DNA of 64,000 nucleotides from a virus: IMG/VR virus record IMGVR_UViG_3300045988_079296, positions 1 to 64,000 of that record; one strand, 5' to 3'. Shown piece by piece: positions 28,449 to 37,622 of this stretch (position 1 is its first letter; each line of letters starts with the position of its first letter). The notes under the pieces were generated by a model. It saw only the letters and a program-made list of their open reading frames with translations, ran no database searches and was not told where the DNA came from. The position numbers and the translations under genes were made by a program.

Positions 28449-30801
28449 TTACTTTGCTACGGTTGAGAATAATCATGAAAGAGTTTGGTCCACCGTTTCC
28501 ATGAGGCTCTACAATCGCATCAATACCTTTCAATGCAGCATACGTTCCAATAGCTTCCTTTGAACCGCTTCTGACTGACTCGTAGATGCCAGACATTATA
28601 TCTCCATTTGGGTCTTTAGTTTTCTTCAAGTCATTCAACTCTCCAATCTTCGTATTCAATTCATTCTTGGTAAGTTTAATATCGGCTTGAAGTTCGTTTA
28701 CCTTAGAACCTATGTTATCAATCGCTGCCGTTACCTTTTTGTTAATAACGTTGTAATGCTCTTTCATCAACCAATCCGCAAATCTCCTTACTGGATAGTT
28801 ATAAGGCTTGGAAAAGGCATTCTTTCGCTTGATAGCGTTATTCTCGTACTGGAAACGGCTAAACATGAACGGCTCTTTTGAGTTAGGAAGTTTGAACACA
28901 TATACGTCCGTTCCTTTTCCTTTCTCCGTTACAGTACCTCCATTCTTCTTGACCCAATCGAACATCTTCTTTTCGACAAAGTCTTCAAAGCTCGGATAAT
29001 CTGGTTCACCTTGGTCGTTCGTAGCTCCCCAATCGGTATTGTCTATTTCCAATTGATGCATTACAAGAGTGTCCTCATCCCAGTGCATCTTAGTCTTGAT
29101 GTCCTTCTCGGTTTTATCCGTTATATTGTTAAGGTCATCCTGCTGTTTCGATAACTCGGCATTAAGGGTATCAATCTCAAGCTGCTTCGCATCAACTGCT
29201 GCTTTGTCAAATGTTACCATGGAAAGAATTTCTTTCTTTAGGTCTGGCACCATTGCAACGTTCGCTTTCGGGTCAAGAATACATTCCAAGATTTCTCCCG
29301 AACTACCTGCATAACTTCTTGCATTCTTATACGCATCTGAACTCTTGTAAGTAGTCTTGGTATTATCTTTGTTGTTCGTTCCGTCATTTACGTGAGCATA
29401 AATTCCCGAACCGTGTATTCCAATCGTTCCGTAAAAACAATTGTCATTATATCGGAAGTCATCAGCGTAATATTCTGCATCGTGTCCACCTCCCGAAGAT
29501 AATCCACGGAACATTTGATATTTGGCGTTCTTAGCCATATTCCAATAAGTAGTTTCATCCACTACCTCTGGACGTGCCGTGAACCCTCGTTCCTCGCAAA
29601 TAGCATTCAAAAGCTCCCAACCGTTTGTGTAGTTAGTTGCTTGTAGTTTTGACCAATAGTCTCTACCAGGTTGAGCTTTCCAAATAGCGTCCAATTCATC
29701 ATCGGTCAACTCTCGGTACATATCCGCATCGCTCTTGAGCTTTCTCGGAACTATTTTGCGATTGCCCTTGTTTATCTTAGTTTCAAGATTGTTCTTGATA
29801 TTTTGTAGGTCTTTGAAACGTCCGTCAAATACTCCTACTAAATTTGAATTGCTCTGAACTAAGAACCCGATAACATCGTCACGCTTCTTTAAAAGCTCGT
29901 CAATTTGATTGACCTTATCCTGCAAAGAAAGATTTCCGACAACAGATGGATTGTATTTCTCCATTGAATCGAAGTCTGAAACGGTCTTGCCGAATGTTTT
30001 CTTTGCTCCTTGCGCCCGATACTCCAGCGCACCTCCGTTATCTACTCGGATAATCCTACCAGCGGAGTCAACCAAGCAATTGTCGTTTTGATAAACATCC
30101 CAGTTAGCAAGAAGAGCGTCCACCGCAAAACCCTTTGCCATTTCATCATAATCAGAAGCAGAAGGCATACGGGTCATTGGGATGAACTTAGATAGCATGA
30201 TTGCTTCTCCGTTCTCTTCGTACAATTCAAAGTCGGGAACTCGTAAACCAAGCAAATCATAGAGTTGGTTGGTCAGATACTCGGACTTTACGTGTTCATT
30301 GGACGTATTACTGCCCTTTTTCATCACGTACTTATTGCCCTTAGCATCTTCAACCAGTTCCGCTCCCGTACTTCCACCTAACCTCTTAATGACCTTTAGA
30401 GTGCTTAAATCGGTTGGAAAAAGTTCATTAACAAATTTCTGTTTTGCGGCAATTTTAGCATCGTCAACTTGACGTCCTATCTTGTTACCCGCAGTTGTAT
30501 TCTTTAGTACACGCCAATCGTATTGAGTTTTGGCGTTTGGAGTTGCCGTATAAATATAGACAATACCATCCACAACCTTCGTCTGACCTGGCACGATAGC
30601 CTTACAAATTTCTTCGTCAGGCTCTATGCCGTTTAAGTGGTCGTGTAAAGACTTCGTGACGCATACATGATACTCATAATCGTCAATAAATTCGGATTGA
30701 GTTTTGTAAGCGTCACAAGCCTTTATCAGAAGGTCATCGGATGCTTTGCCCTCCGAATTATGAAGGGCAATAGTCTCCAATGCTTTCCTTAGTTGTTTCA
30801 T
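28435..30801 (-). CDS. Large multidomain protein: atypical kinase-like domain, possible ART-like segment, coiled-coil C-terminal region
   Basis: 788 aa. GGSTGAELVEDAKGNKYVMKKG, ALLANWDVYQNDNCLV and IRVDNGGAL resemble a kinase Gly-loop/Lys, catalytic loop and DxG. YQMFRG, GIHGSGIYAH and GEILECIL resemble an R-S-E ADP-ribosyltransferase pattern, but weakly. Confidence 0.75.
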   Translation of the reverse strand: MKQLRKALETIALHNSEGKASDDLLIKACDAYKTQSEFIDDYEYHVCVTKSLHDHLNGIEPDEEICKAIVPGQTKVVDGIVYIYTATPNAKTQYDWRVLKNTTAGNKIGRQVDDAKIAAKQKFVNELFPTDLSTLKVIKRLGGSTGAELVEDAKGNKYVMKKGSNTSNEHVKSEYLTNQLYDLLGLRVPDFELYEENGEAIMLSKFIPMTRMPSASDYDEMAKGFAVDALLANWDVYQNDNCLVDSAGRIIRVDNGGALEYRAQGAKKTFGKTVSDFDSMEKYNPSVVGNLSLQDKVNQIDELLKKRDDVIGFLVQSNSNLVGVFDGRFKDLQNIKNNLETKINKGNRKIVPRKLKSDADMYRELTDDELDAIWKAQPGRDYWSKLQATNYTNGWELLNAICEERGFTARPEVVDETTYWNMAKNAKYQMFRGLSSGGGHDAEYYADDFRYNDNCFYGTIGIHGSGIYAHVNDGTNNKDNTKTTYKSSDAYKNARSYAGSSGEILECILDPKANVAMVPDLKKEILSMVTFDKAAVDAKQLEIDTLNAELSKQQDDLNNITDKTEKDIKTKMHWDEDTLVMHQLEIDNTDWGATNDQGEPDYPSFEDFVEKKMFDWVKKNGGTVTEKGKGTDVYVFKLPNSKEPFMFSRFQYENNAIKRKNAFSKPYNYPVRRFADWLMKEHYNVINKKVTAAIDNIGSKVNELQADIKLTKNELNTKIGELNDLKKTKDPNGDIMSGIYESVRSGSKEAIGTYAALKGIDAIVEPHGNGGPNSFMIILNRSKVIVKK

Positions 30802-30805
30802 ATTC

Positions 30806-32788
30806 TTATCCCATTATTCCACCGCCACGTCCGAACAATAACATTTCTGCTTTCTGTAAATCCATATCTTCTCCAAAGAAGTCGGTTGTATCCGCTTTCC
30901 AAGTGTCGGGTAGCATATCTTCCTTTCCAAGAGCTTTTGCACGTTTCTTAATCCATGCTTTAGTTTTGGCTGGGTCTTTAGCTCTCCCGAAGGCTTGAAT
31001 TGCATTCGACAAATCAGAAGCGTTGCGAATTGGATATGAACCGTCTGGCATGGCTTCTTTCTTCTTGGCAAGTTTCTTTCGTTCTTTCTCGGAGAAGTCC
31101 GCTTTTATTATATCGCCCAACAGAAGTTCTTCGGCTTTGGAGAACTCATCATCTTCGTCCTCTGGCTCGTCTTTGGTATAATCAACTCCATCATCCTCCG
31201 CTTCTCCCTTGAGCAATAAATCTTCGGCTTGTTCAAGTTCTTCGCTTTCCGCTTTTTCAAACGTTTCCTCTGCTTCGCCAAAGTCGTTCATTGCAGCTTT
31301 CGTAAGAACGCCCAACGCTACTTCTTTCCAGTCCTTTTGTTTTGAACCAATAAGAGCCGCAAAAGCTGGATTGGAACGCTTCTCGTTTGCGTTGTCAACC
31401 TTTCTCTTGTTGATTAATATTTCTTGGAATGTACGTGTAGTAAATTGAGACGGGTCAATGTTCTTTTGATTTTTCTTGATAAGATTCAAGATTTCGTCAC
31501 GCTCCTTCTTGTCCTCATTCTCATCTTCCAATCTCGGAGCTTGCTTGAACTCATAATCCTGATAACGGCTCTCCATGACTTGAATAGTTTCGGGAACAGT
31601 CATGTAAATCTCCGATACCATCATTGCACGGCTTATGATAGCTTTCGTGTCTTCGCTCTCGGATAATTGAGCCAAGTCCTTATTGGTCATTATTATAATA
31701 CGTCCTGTGAACTCAAAGTTTTGCTTGATATCATCGGGGTCACCAACGATACGTTTACCAGTCGTGGCGGTAGCTTTCTTCATAACGCTCGCACAGTCGG
31801 CTCTCTTCAGTACCTTATCATTATCGTCAAAAACAATGATTTTGCCGTTGTGAGCTTTAAGGATATTCAGCAACTGCTTACCGCTGTTTACGTCAGGAGC
31901 TTCAAAGATGTCATAATCTCCATCCCCTGGTGAGTCGCCTTCCTCAAACGGTTTCATGTTAAGGAGTTCAGCCATTTTGTTGAAGCCGTAAGATTTACCA
32001 ATACCCGCTCCACCTGCTGAAATCATGAACCGTTGTTCATCGTTATCCAAGAACTCCAAATATTGTTCGTTCAAGTCTTGTACTACTTCAACTGGGTCTT
32101 TGTAGTCCTTCTCCTTTTTCTTCATCCGATAAACAAACTGGTCGTATTTGATACGTCCTTCTTTCGTTTTCAGATTGAACATTTTCTTGACACGGTCATC
32201 GTTTTTGTCCAAATACCACTTCTCGGTGATTTTCGTTCCATCCGTTCCTCCCTCGTCTGCATCATCGTCAATATCTACGCTTGCATACTGATTGGTTGGA
32301 GCTACATCGTCCTCATCATCGTCAGTTCCTGTGGTGGTTGAAGAAGAACTCTTTTTGCCCGTCATTTTCATGAGTTGAGCCAACGTTCCCGAAGTATCAA
32401 CCTGAGACATGTCAAAACCTCTTGATTCCAAAGCGTCATAGGCAATCTTTCTCATTTGAGCGTTGCCGTTCTTACTATTAGCAACTTTCAAAAGGTTGTC
32501 ATCGGAAGTCTTTTGAGCCCAAACTACTAATTGCTGTGAGTTCATAGCTTTACCGCCTTGAGCCTTTGCGTTGGCTATTTGTTGCGCTGACGGTTTTGAA
32601 GGGGTTTTCTTTGCTCCACCTCCAGAGGCATTGTCGTCATCATCCTCCGAACCCGAAGAACTTCCACTTGCTTGTTTCTTGTTCTTAATCGGTCTCCAGT
32701 CAAATTTGCCAGGCTTATACTCTGTCCAAACCCAAGGTTTGGATGGGTGAGTGTCACCTACCTGACGTGCTTTTTTAATTTCGTCCAT
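30806..32788 (-). CDS. Large AAA+/P-loop ATPase-domain protein with acidic and Ser-rich linkers
   Basis: 660 aa. Walker A SAGGAGIGKSY, Walker B KIIVFDDND and sensor-like IIIMTNKD. The C-terminus carries MPDGSYPIRNASDLSNAIQAFGRAKDP, a motif I recall from other phage head-associated proteins. Confidence 0.75.
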   Translation of the reverse strand: MDEIKKARQVGDTHPSKPWVWTEYKPGKFDWRPIKNKKQASGSSSGSEDDDDNASGGGAKKTPSKPSAQQIANAKAQGGKAMNSQQLVVWAQKTSDDNLLKVANSKNGNAQMRKIAYDALESRGFDMSQVDTSGTLAQLMKMTGKKSSSSTTTGTDDDEDDVAPTNQYASVDIDDDADEGGTDGTKITEKWYLDKNDDRVKKMFNLKTKEGRIKYDQFVYRMKKKEKDYKDPVEVVQDLNEQYLEFLDNDEQRFMISAGGAGIGKSYGFNKMAELLNMKPFEEGDSPGDGDYDIFEAPDVNSGKQLLNILKAHNGKIIVFDDNDKVLKRADCASVMKKATATTGKRIVGDPDDIKQNFEFTGRIIIMTNKDLAQLSESEDTKAIISRAMMVSEIYMTVPETIQVMESRYQDYEFKQAPRLEDENEDKKERDEILNLIKKNQKNIDPSQFTTRTFQEILINKRKVDNANEKRSNPAFAALIGSKQKDWKEVALGVLTKAAMNDFGEAEETFEKAESEELEQAEDLLLKGEAEDDGVDYTKDEPEDEDDEFSKAEELLLGDIIKADFSEKERKKLAKKKEAMPDGSYPIRNASDLSNAIQAFGRAKDPAKTKAWIKKRAKALGKEDMLPDTWKADTTDFFGEDMDLQKAEMLLFGRGGGIMG

Positions 32789-32846
32789 ATTACGATTATT
32801 TAAACATTATGAAATATTCGTTACTATGGTATGTTTATAACTGGGC

Positions 32847-34286
32847 TCAATCAGTCTCCCATTCAATTGGAAGTTCTATACCATAGAAGTCCTCCATGAT
32901 TTCCTTAGTTATCTTCTTAACATTTGGTGAATCCTTTCCTTTTTCAAGCTCCTTGTTAACAAGTTTTTCGCCTCCCTTAACAAGTCTGATAACCTCTTTC
33001 ATGTTATTCTTAGCATTAAAGACTTCATGAACCAAGGCATAATTCTCCAACGTATCTTTCAAATACTTCGCTGGACTCATCTTGTTCGCTTTCGCCAGAG
33101 CCTTCGCAAATTCCTTCGGAGTAGCATCCCAAGGAATAATGATTGCGTTGATGCTATCGAATAACGGGTCACACACTTCTTCGGTCATACCCTTTATCAG
33201 TCCTCTATAATCACGCAAAACTGGATAACAACCGTTCAACATAGCTTCTATAATGAAGCCGTTAATATGAGTTCGACAATATTGAGAATAATGAGCCGCC
33301 CAAGAAGGGTCAACGGCAAATCGACTTCTTCGGAGCTTCGCTGTAACTTCCTTAGAACTTATCTGCCCAAGATACTCCATACCATATTGTTCCGCTACAT
33401 CCCAAATCTTTTGTCCAATATATTCTTCACTAATGTCAGGGTCACGCTTTCGGCTGACCTTGTAAGGCTCTTTGCATTTCGTAGGAGCTACCATATATGC
33501 TTGTTCTATTCCCGAACCTGCTATTTGAACAGAATACTCGGAGTTTTTATTGAAATGCGGTACGGCTCTGATAAGGTCGTCAACGTGCTTCATGGACTTG
33601 AATATATGAGCGGCAAAGAAGTCAATATCACGCTTCGGTTTCATTACAATAGGCATCTTCGCCTTATCGTCCAAATATCTCGGATTAAGCAACAGAACTC
33701 TCGGTATTCCTAAATGCTCGCAGCAACGATATGCAGCAACGTGAGCGCATTCTATGAACAATATCTTCTCCCGTAAAGCCGTAATATTTGAGGCACGTAC
33801 ATCAAAGTAAGCATCGTGAGCAATGAATATTTGTTTTATCTTATCGGTTGGTAAATCGTAGAACTTCCACCAAAATGAAAAGTCTCTATCTCCCCAAGCA
33901 CTTGACTTAGTAGGCATAAAGTTCCACATTATTAAATCGAAGTTATCTACAAGATTATGCCAACGTTCAAGAGCGTTTGGTTCAAATACTCCGATACGAT
34001 TGCTGGGTGGTAAGAAAAACCCATAATAATTATTCTTCCAATATCCCGTTGCTTCATCATATTCATACCCTCCGTTTTGGGAATTGATTTTCAACTTCTC
34101 GGAGAACGTTCCATTTTCAAGTTTCTTGACCTTACTGTCGTAGGTCTTTTGCGTAGTTGCGGCGCAAGACAATTGGGCTATATCGACAACGTGGCCAAGA
34201 GCTTTTAATGCCTTGACCTTCGCTGTTACGTGTTCAATTATTCCTCCGTACTTAGCAATCTCAAAATCTGCTATAAGTATTCTCAT
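32847..34286 (-). CDS. GT-B fold glycosyltransferase (GT4-like)
   Basis: 479 aa. Has the N-terminal MRILIADFEIAKYGGIIEHV pattern and C-terminal INGFIIEAMLNGCYPV (EX7E-type region). Confidence 0.75.
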   Translation of the reverse strand: MRILIADFEIAKYGGIIEHVTAKVKALKALGHVVDIAQLSCAATTQKTYDSKVKKLENGTFSEKLKINSQNGGYEYDEATGYWKNNYYGFFLPPSNRIGVFEPNALERWHNLVDNFDLIMWNFMPTKSSAWGDRDFSFWWKFYDLPTDKIKQIFIAHDAYFDVRASNITALREKILFIECAHVAAYRCCEHLGIPRVLLLNPRYLDDKAKMPIVMKPKRDIDFFAAHIFKSMKHVDDLIRAVPHFNKNSEYSVQIAGSGIEQAYMVAPTKCKEPYKVSRKRDPDISEEYIGQKIWDVAEQYGMEYLGQISSKEVTAKLRRSRFAVDPSWAAHYSQYCRTHINGFIIEAMLNGCYPVLRDYRGLIKGMTEEVCDPLFDSINAIIIPWDATPKEFAKALAKANKMSPAKYLKDTLENYALVHEVFNAKNNMKEVIRLVKGGEKLVNKELEKGKDSPNVKKITKEIMEDFYGIELPIEWETD

Positions 34287-34289
34287 AAT

Positions 34290-34976
34290 CTAAAATGGTA
34301 AATCTGAATCGTACCTTCTCCAAATTTCTTCGGGAAGGTTTTTCTTTATATAACCCTGCTCGTAAAACAATAAACCTGATTGTGAACGATAGAATTTGGA
34401 TGCTAATTTCCACTTAATATCCGCAAACTCTTCAACGGGAACTGAACGAGATAAATACCAATCTTCCTTTTGCTCTTTTACTTGCGCTTGAGAACGTCTC
34501 TTGTAAGAGTGCGGGAACTCCCGATAATAGTCCATGTCAGAGAAGTGAGTTTGTAACGTTTCCCGAACGAATAAGTGGAACGGGTGTCCAACCCCCCAAG
34601 GAGCAAGAACCTTGTACCCTTTATTCTTTTTCAAGAACTTTCTTACCCATTCAACCAACGCATCTTCAATCTCGGTTAATGTCTCACGTCCGAAGTATTG
34701 ATTCAGGTATTTATAAGCATTTTCCAAGGTGACTCCCTTCGGGTATGCCTTATTATACCCGTAATAACTTTCATCCTTGAAATCAAGCTCCAAATGATGA
34801 TACGGGATATTTAAAAACTCAAATAGCTTCGCATCCTCCGCTACTCTCTTCTCATCATTCTCAACGTTCAAAACTTGAACTTCATATTCGGGGAAGAATA
34901 GTACATGAGAACAGCAGAATAAAGCATCGTCCGAATGCGGAGCTACTATGAGATATTTTTGTTTTATTTTTCCCAT
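34290..34976 (-). CDS. PIG-L / LmbE family de-N-acetylase
   Basis: YLIVAPHSDDALFCC (AHPDD-type motif) plus WGVGHPFHLF (HPDH-type motif). 228 aa. Confidence 0.75.
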   Translation of the reverse strand: MGKIKQKYLIVAPHSDDALFCCSHVLFFPEYEVQVLNVENDEKRVAEDAKLFEFLNIPYHHLELDFKDESYYGYNKAYPKGVTLENAYKYLNQYFGRETLTEIEDALVEWVRKFLKKNKGYKVLAPWGVGHPFHLFVRETLQTHFSDMDYYREFPHSYKRRSQAQVKEQKEDWYLSRSVPVEEFADIKWKLASKFYRSQSGLLFYEQGYIKKNLPEEIWRRYDSDLPF

Positions 34977-35920
34977 TTCCTTCTTACGATAATAGGAGAT
35001 AAAAAGCCATCTTTGTGCACACTTTGTGCTAACTTCTTGACCTCTGGAGTTATCTCTGGCAAAGTCTCTTGACCCGAACTATCAGGCAAGAACCCTACAC
35101 GCATACTAATATTCGTACAACCACTACAAGGTCGGAAGTTACGACTGTAATTGTAGAGCATAATTCTCGCAGCTCGAAAACGTTCATGATTCCAAAGCTC
35201 TACAATCCCCATGTCGTTGATATTAGCAATCGGATATTCCCCACGGAAGTCATCGCAACATAAAGAAACGTTGCCATCGTATCGGAAAGCTAATTCACGG
35301 AAAGGCATAGCACAACGCTTGTTGTTATACGACTTATCCAACGGAGCTGCTGCACCGCAATGATTGGCAAGTTTACGTGTTATCTTGTTGTCCTCCTTAA
35401 TCGGTGGCAATAACAATATTCTCGGTTTCTTGTTGTTAGTGTACAACGGTATTCCCTTTTCATAGAATACAACGTTCCACGCCCCTTCGGGAAGTTTATT
35501 TACAAAATTCCAATCTCCCTCGTCCGTATAACAATCCACGATAAGATTGTTTATTCCAGCATCGAAAAGGCTCTCAACATATTCCTCTGTATTCTCGGCT
35601 CTATTTGCCGCATAACCGTTCGTGTACATATGTAAAATAGCATTCGGCAATTCCTCTCGGAATATCTTTACTATTTCCATAATCTTCGGATTCAACGTTG
35701 GCTCTCCATGCTGAGCGAATACTATTTTGCTATTCCAACCTGCTTTAGCAATCTCGCTCGCTATTCTCTTTGCGGTTTTGATACTCATGTGATTCCAAGG
35801 TTTCGTTCCTTTTTCACGCATACCTCTCAACCCACAGAAAGAGCATCCCAAATTACATCCTTCGGTTGGTTCAATTAGCACCGTGAACGGTGCTTGTTGT
35901 ACAATTTTCTTTTTAGCCAT
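34964..35920 (-). CDS. Radical SAM enzyme with a C-terminal SPASM/twitch-like cysteine domain
   Basis: EGCNLGCSFCG is the CX3CX2C motif near the N-terminus. HGEPTLNP is a SAM-binding GGE-like motif. The C-terminal CAMPFRELAFRYDGNVSLCC ... CSGCTN fits CX9-15GX4C ... CX2C. 318 aa. Confidence 0.85.
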   Translation of the reverse strand: MAKKKIVQQAPFTVLIEPTEGCNLGCSFCGLRGMREKGTKPWNHMSIKTAKRIASEIAKAGWNSKIVFAQHGEPTLNPKIMEIVKIFREELPNAILHMYTNGYAANRAENTEEYVESLFDAGINNLIVDCYTDEGDWNFVNKLPEGAWNVVFYEKGIPLYTNNKKPRILLLPPIKEDNKITRKLANHCGAAAPLDKSYNNKRCAMPFRELAFRYDGNVSLCCDDFRGEYPIANINDMGIVELWNHERFRAARIMLYNYSRNFRPCSGCTNISMRVGFLPDSSGQETLPEITPEVKKLAQSVHKDGFLSPIIVRRKWEK

Positions 35921-35921
35921 T

Positions 35922-36854
35922 TTACTTTGAAACTTTTATATTCAACTTTACTCCTTTTAACTTTGGATTTTTTGATACTTTCTTTATCGGAACTGTGAAA
36001 GCTCTCGTTTCATCGCTCCAAGCAAAACCTTCCTTCTTATGGTTGATTGTGCAACGACAATATGGATGTATAGGAGATATGGTTGGAAGCCATTCTGCTA
36101 CCTTCCTCCCGATATTATTGCCGTTTGCTATAATGTCCTTTAGCTTGAATACAATCGGCTCGCTGTTTACGTCCTCTGGGTCGGTTAATAAAAGTTCTCT
36201 ACAATGCTTACAAGCACCTGGGTAAACATCGAAGTACACCTCAGCATCCGCTCCGTAATTCTTCAAGATACTTTGCGCTCTTCCTGCGTTGAACGCTTCG
36301 TGAGTAAGATAGTAGGCTATTCTCAACCAATCTACTTCCCAATCCTTAGACGTATCAGCAAGGTCAGCCGCCAATCCTCTCGCTCCCATTCTTAGCTCGG
36401 TAGCCTTAATAGTCTTTTGACGTATCATTTGTTGAACGACAAGAGCTTGTTGTTGATTGTTCCGTAGAACGTTATTACTCAATCCCGTCCTCATTCGGTT
36501 GCCCAAACTCGTTATATCGGTGTAGGCTCTATTCTTTACCGTTTCCAAGGCAAACTCTTCCTCTTCGGTAAGAGGAATGAAGTTGCCCGATTTCAAGAAC
36601 TTCTTGAATTGCGCATAAGACATATTTTGCGCTCTCTTATCTCCGATTGCTTCGGCAAGAATACCGAAAAGAAAAGCATGCTCAATTATTCCTTGAGCGT
36701 TCTTATACTTATCCAAATCTACTCCTGAAGCAATCAATATATCCTTATCCGTCTGGGATAGATAGTCTAATCCCAACTGTCCTGCTATGAACAAAAGCTC
36801 GTACCGCTTGAGTATTGATAGCATGTCTTGTATTTGTCCTTGGCTATAAATCAT
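35922..36854 (-). CDS. MuF / SPP1 gp7-like minor head (head morphogenesis) protein
   Basis: 310 aa with the C-terminal ISPIHPYCRCT, matching the HPNCRC signature of Phage_Mu_F proteins. It sits in the head block downstream of the portal. Confidence 0.8.
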   Translation of the reverse strand: MIYSQGQIQDMLSILKRYELLFIAGQLGLDYLSQTDKDILIASGVDLDKYKNAQGIIEHAFLFGILAEAIGDKRAQNMSYAQFKKFLKSGNFIPLTEEEEFALETVKNRAYTDITSLGNRMRTGLSNNVLRNNQQQALVVQQMIRQKTIKATELRMGARGLAADLADTSKDWEVDWLRIAYYLTHEAFNAGRAQSILKNYGADAEVYFDVYPGACKHCRELLLTDPEDVNSEPIVFKLKDIIANGNNIGRKVAEWLPTISPIHPYCRCTINHKKEGFAWSDETRAFTVPIKKVSKNPKLKGVKLNIKVSK

Positions 36855-37042
36855 TTCTTTACCTCCGTTTCTTTAACGGCAGAAGCAGTTGCTTTGGCCA
36901 TGTACTTTAGAACCTCTGCGACTGCTTCTGCGGTATTGTTATTCCAAACCTTTACAAATTCATTTTCGTAAGCGGTTACTGCGGGAAACGGAGAAGGAAT
37001 GAAGTGGCCATTTTTTACAACTTCCTTCTTCGGCTTATCCAT
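36851..37042 (-). CDS. Hypothetical small protein
   Basis: 63-aa ORF with a 4-nt overlap onto the MuF-like gene. Confidence 0.5.
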   Translation of the reverse strand: MDKPKKEVVKNGHFIPSPFPAVTAYENEFVKVWNNNTAEAVAEVLKYMAKATASAVKETEVKK

Positions 37043-37046
37043 ATTG

Positions 37047-37622
37047 TTAAAATTTAATTCCTAAATCAAACGTGTATCCATATTCGTCTCTTATTCTTAA
37101 CCCTGATACGCCTATGATATATTTATTTTGAATATCCAACCCAAATTGTATCTTTTGAGCATCCAACTTTGGAGACGTACCGAACATTAACCAAGGTTGT
37201 AATTTAGGCACTTTGTAGATAGTTTCTGTCCTCGTGATAACCTTCCTTATAGGTTGAACGGTAGAAGTGGCAGAAAGCAGCTTATTTTCTTGTATAGATA
37301 CATCTGCGATGAACGTACCAAGCGTATCATTAGAGAAGTCCAATTTGTACTCTCTTTTCAAGTAATAGTCGCACCAAACTGCAAATAGAGCAGCGGTATC
37401 AGTCGGAACGGGAACTGGTCGGTCAACGGGAACTTCTACCCGATACGGAACTGGTCGGTCAATCGTATCATGTACGGCATACGGCTCTTTCTCCCATTTG
37501 ACAACTTCCTTTATCTCTGGAGCTGGTAGCTCAACGCTTGACCTCCCCCAAAGATAACCCAAGAACAGAGCTATGCCCACGACAATTAAAGCTCCTACGG
37601 AAATTTTGATTTTCTTATTCAT
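37047..37622 (-). CDS. Membrane-anchored protein with a Pro-rich repeat and an outer-membrane beta-signal-like C-terminus
   Basis: N-terminal TM segment (ISVGALIVVGIALFLGYLW), DRPVPYRVEVPVDRPVPVP repeats, and a C-terminal YGYTFDLGIKF ending in Phe. Confidence 0.65.
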   Translation of the reverse strand: MNKKIKISVGALIVVGIALFLGYLWGRSSVELPAPEIKEVVKWEKEPYAVHDTIDRPVPYRVEVPVDRPVPVPTDTAALFAVWCDYYLKREYKLDFSNDTLGTFIADVSIQENKLLSATSTVQPIRKVITRTETIYKVPKLQPWLMFGTSPKLDAQKIQFGLDIQNKYIIGVSGLRIRDEYGYTFDLGIKF

